DNA of 63,471 nucleotides from a bacterium (GTDB lineage Bacteria; Acidobacteriota; Blastocatellia; HR10): NCBI GenBank assembly GCA_041640655.1, contig JBEPZV010000009.1, positions 1 to 63,471 of the forward strand, read 5' to 3'. Shown piece by piece: positions 62,185 to 63,471 of this stretch (position 1 is its first letter; each line of letters starts with the position of its first letter). The notes under the pieces were generated by a model. It saw only the letters and a program-made list of their open reading frames with translations, ran no database searches and was not told where the DNA came from. The position numbers and the translations under genes were made by a program.

Positions 62185-63471
62185 ATGTCCGAATCTGAGG
62201 TCCGAAAGCCTCCCCTGCCGTCAGCCTCCACGGTAGCGGCCCCCCCTGTCCCGCAAACGCTCGAAGAGACAGGGCTCGATCCCGATCTCCTCGTTCAGCT
62301 CATTGTGAAGACGCTTTACTACGCGGGCGAAGCGACGGGCTCGGAGGTCGCCGAGGATCTTCGACTCCCCTACTTCGTGCTCGATTCGCTCTTCCAGTTC
62401 TTGCGTACGGAGAAGCTGATCGAAGTGCGGGGCGTCGAGGGGATCGAGAAGGGGTCCTATCGGTACAGCTTGACGAGCTTGGGGCGCGAGCGCGCGCGCG
62501 AATTCCTCGAGGTGAGCCTCTACGTCGGACCGGCCCCCGTCCCGTTGAGCCACTATGTGGAGCGCGTGCGCCACCACTCCCTCGCCAGCGTTCGGGTGGA
62601 TCGCGAGACGCTGCGCGCCGCGTTGGCGTCGGTCGTCGTGAGCGAGGATCTCATCGAACAACTCGGTCCGGCGATCAATTCCGGCCACTCGATCTTCCTC
62701 TACGGCCCATCGGGGAACGGAAAGACGCTTATCGCCGAAGCCATCGGGAGAGCCATCGCCAGCGCGGGCGACATCTTCATCCCTTATGCGATCGAGGTGG
62801 GGAACCACATCATCAAAATTTTCAACCCGGTGGATCACGTCCCCGTCGAGGACGCGCCTCCGGCCCCCGATCGCCGATGGATTCGGTGTCGCCGCCCCAC
62901 GGTCTTCGTTGGTGGTGAGCTGACGCTCGACATGCTCGATCTGCGCATGAATCCCGTCTCAAAGTACTACGAGGCACCGCCACAGGTGAAGGCCAACGGC
63001 GGCGTCTTCATCCTCGACGATCTCGGCCGTCAGCTCGTGCGCCCACGCGACTTGCTCAACCGGTGGATCGTCCCGCTGGAGAAGCGCGTGGATTACTTCA
63101 CCCTTCACACGGGGGAGAAATTCCCGCTCCCCTTCGATACGCTCGTCATCTTCGCGACGAACCTCGAACCGAGGGAGCTGGTGGACGACGCCTTCTTCCG
63201 ACGCATCCGTTTCAAGGTCCATGTGGCGAATCCGACGCGCCCGATGTATGAGGAGATCTTTCGCCGCTGTTGCGAGCAGCGGGGGCTCGCCTACGATCCC
63301 GCCGTCGTCGAATTCCTCTATCGCGAGGTTTACGAGAGACGCGGGATCGAGCCACGCGGCTGCCATCCGCGCGATCTCATCGAGCACGTGCTCGGCCACG
63401 CGAAGTTCACAGAGAGTCCGGCCGTGCTCTCCGAAGAGGCGATCGCTCGCGCCTGTCGCACGTATTTCGCC
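62185..63471 (+). CDS. AAA+ ATPase with N-terminal winged-helix-like region; runs off window end
   Basis: Absent from ORF track; GAGGAGG RBS, YGPSGNGKT, GGELT, KANGGVFILDDLGRQ, NRWIVPLE, FATNL. Confidence 0.88.
   Translation, partial: MSESEVRKPPLPSASTVAAPPVPQTLEETGLDPDLLVQLIVKTLYYAGEATGSEVAEDLRLPYFVLDSLFQFLRTEKLIEVRGVEGIEKGSYRYSLTSLGRERAREFLEVSLYVGPAPVPLSHYVERVRHHSLASVRVDRETLRAALASVVVSEDLIEQLGPAINSGHSIFLYGPSGNGKTLIAEAIGRAIASAGDIFIPYAIEVGNHIIKIFNPVDHVPVEDAPPAPDRRWIRCRRPTVFVGGELTLDMLDLRMNPVSKYYEAPPQVKANGGVFILDDLGRQLVRPRDLLNRWIVPLEKRVDYFTLHTGEKFPLPFDTLVIFATNLEPRELVDDAFFRRIRFKVHVANPTRPMYEEIFRRCCEQRGLAYDPAVVEFLYREVYERRGIEPRGCHPRDLIEHVLGHAKFTESPAVLSEEAIARACRTYFA

Overview
High-GC bacterial chromosomal window. 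Gene content (acidobacterial-type VWA protein, tRNA-tig-clpP-clpX-lon-engB-rho block, helical-repeat secreted proteins) suggests Acidobacteriota/Blastocatellia; this is inference only. Left part: a second clpX, tRNA-Lys, tRNA-Leu, tig-clpP-clpX-lon-engB-rho, pckG, ftsK, prfB (programmed +1 frameshift), coaD, an aminotransferase, a tandem-repeat coiled-coil/PD-(D/E)xK-like gene, an M28 peptidase, an HTH + two-component operon, and a TPP-enzyme/E1-alpha/cimA block. cimA carries an unannotated Ile/Leu leader-peptide attenuator. The standout is a ~7.4 kb, partly AT-richer, all-minus-strand island (~34.4-41.8 kb). It has three modules, each started by a homologous promoter cassette (TTGACA-N16-TAnnnT, A-tract, CATRA-N7-TTATG inverted repeat). 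Each module encodes a secreted cysteine-rich protein plus an exported partner (PDZ, helical repeat, or probable beta-propeller). One Cys-rich protein is fused to an FrpC-type self-processing-module homologue with Thr-Pro at the Asp-Pro site. A broken bacteriocin-like frame lies next to a small immunity-like membrane gene. Right part: GT-C glycosyltransferase, amino-acid dehydrogenase, amidohydrolase, tdk, mscS, thioredoxin-like and Yip1 genes, mreB paralog, VWA, FmdB, antiporter, acs, a LeuD-LeuC-like fusion, an IS630 remnant, ggt, an S45 acylase and a truncated AAA ATPase. All assignments come from motif recognition by eye; no searches were run.
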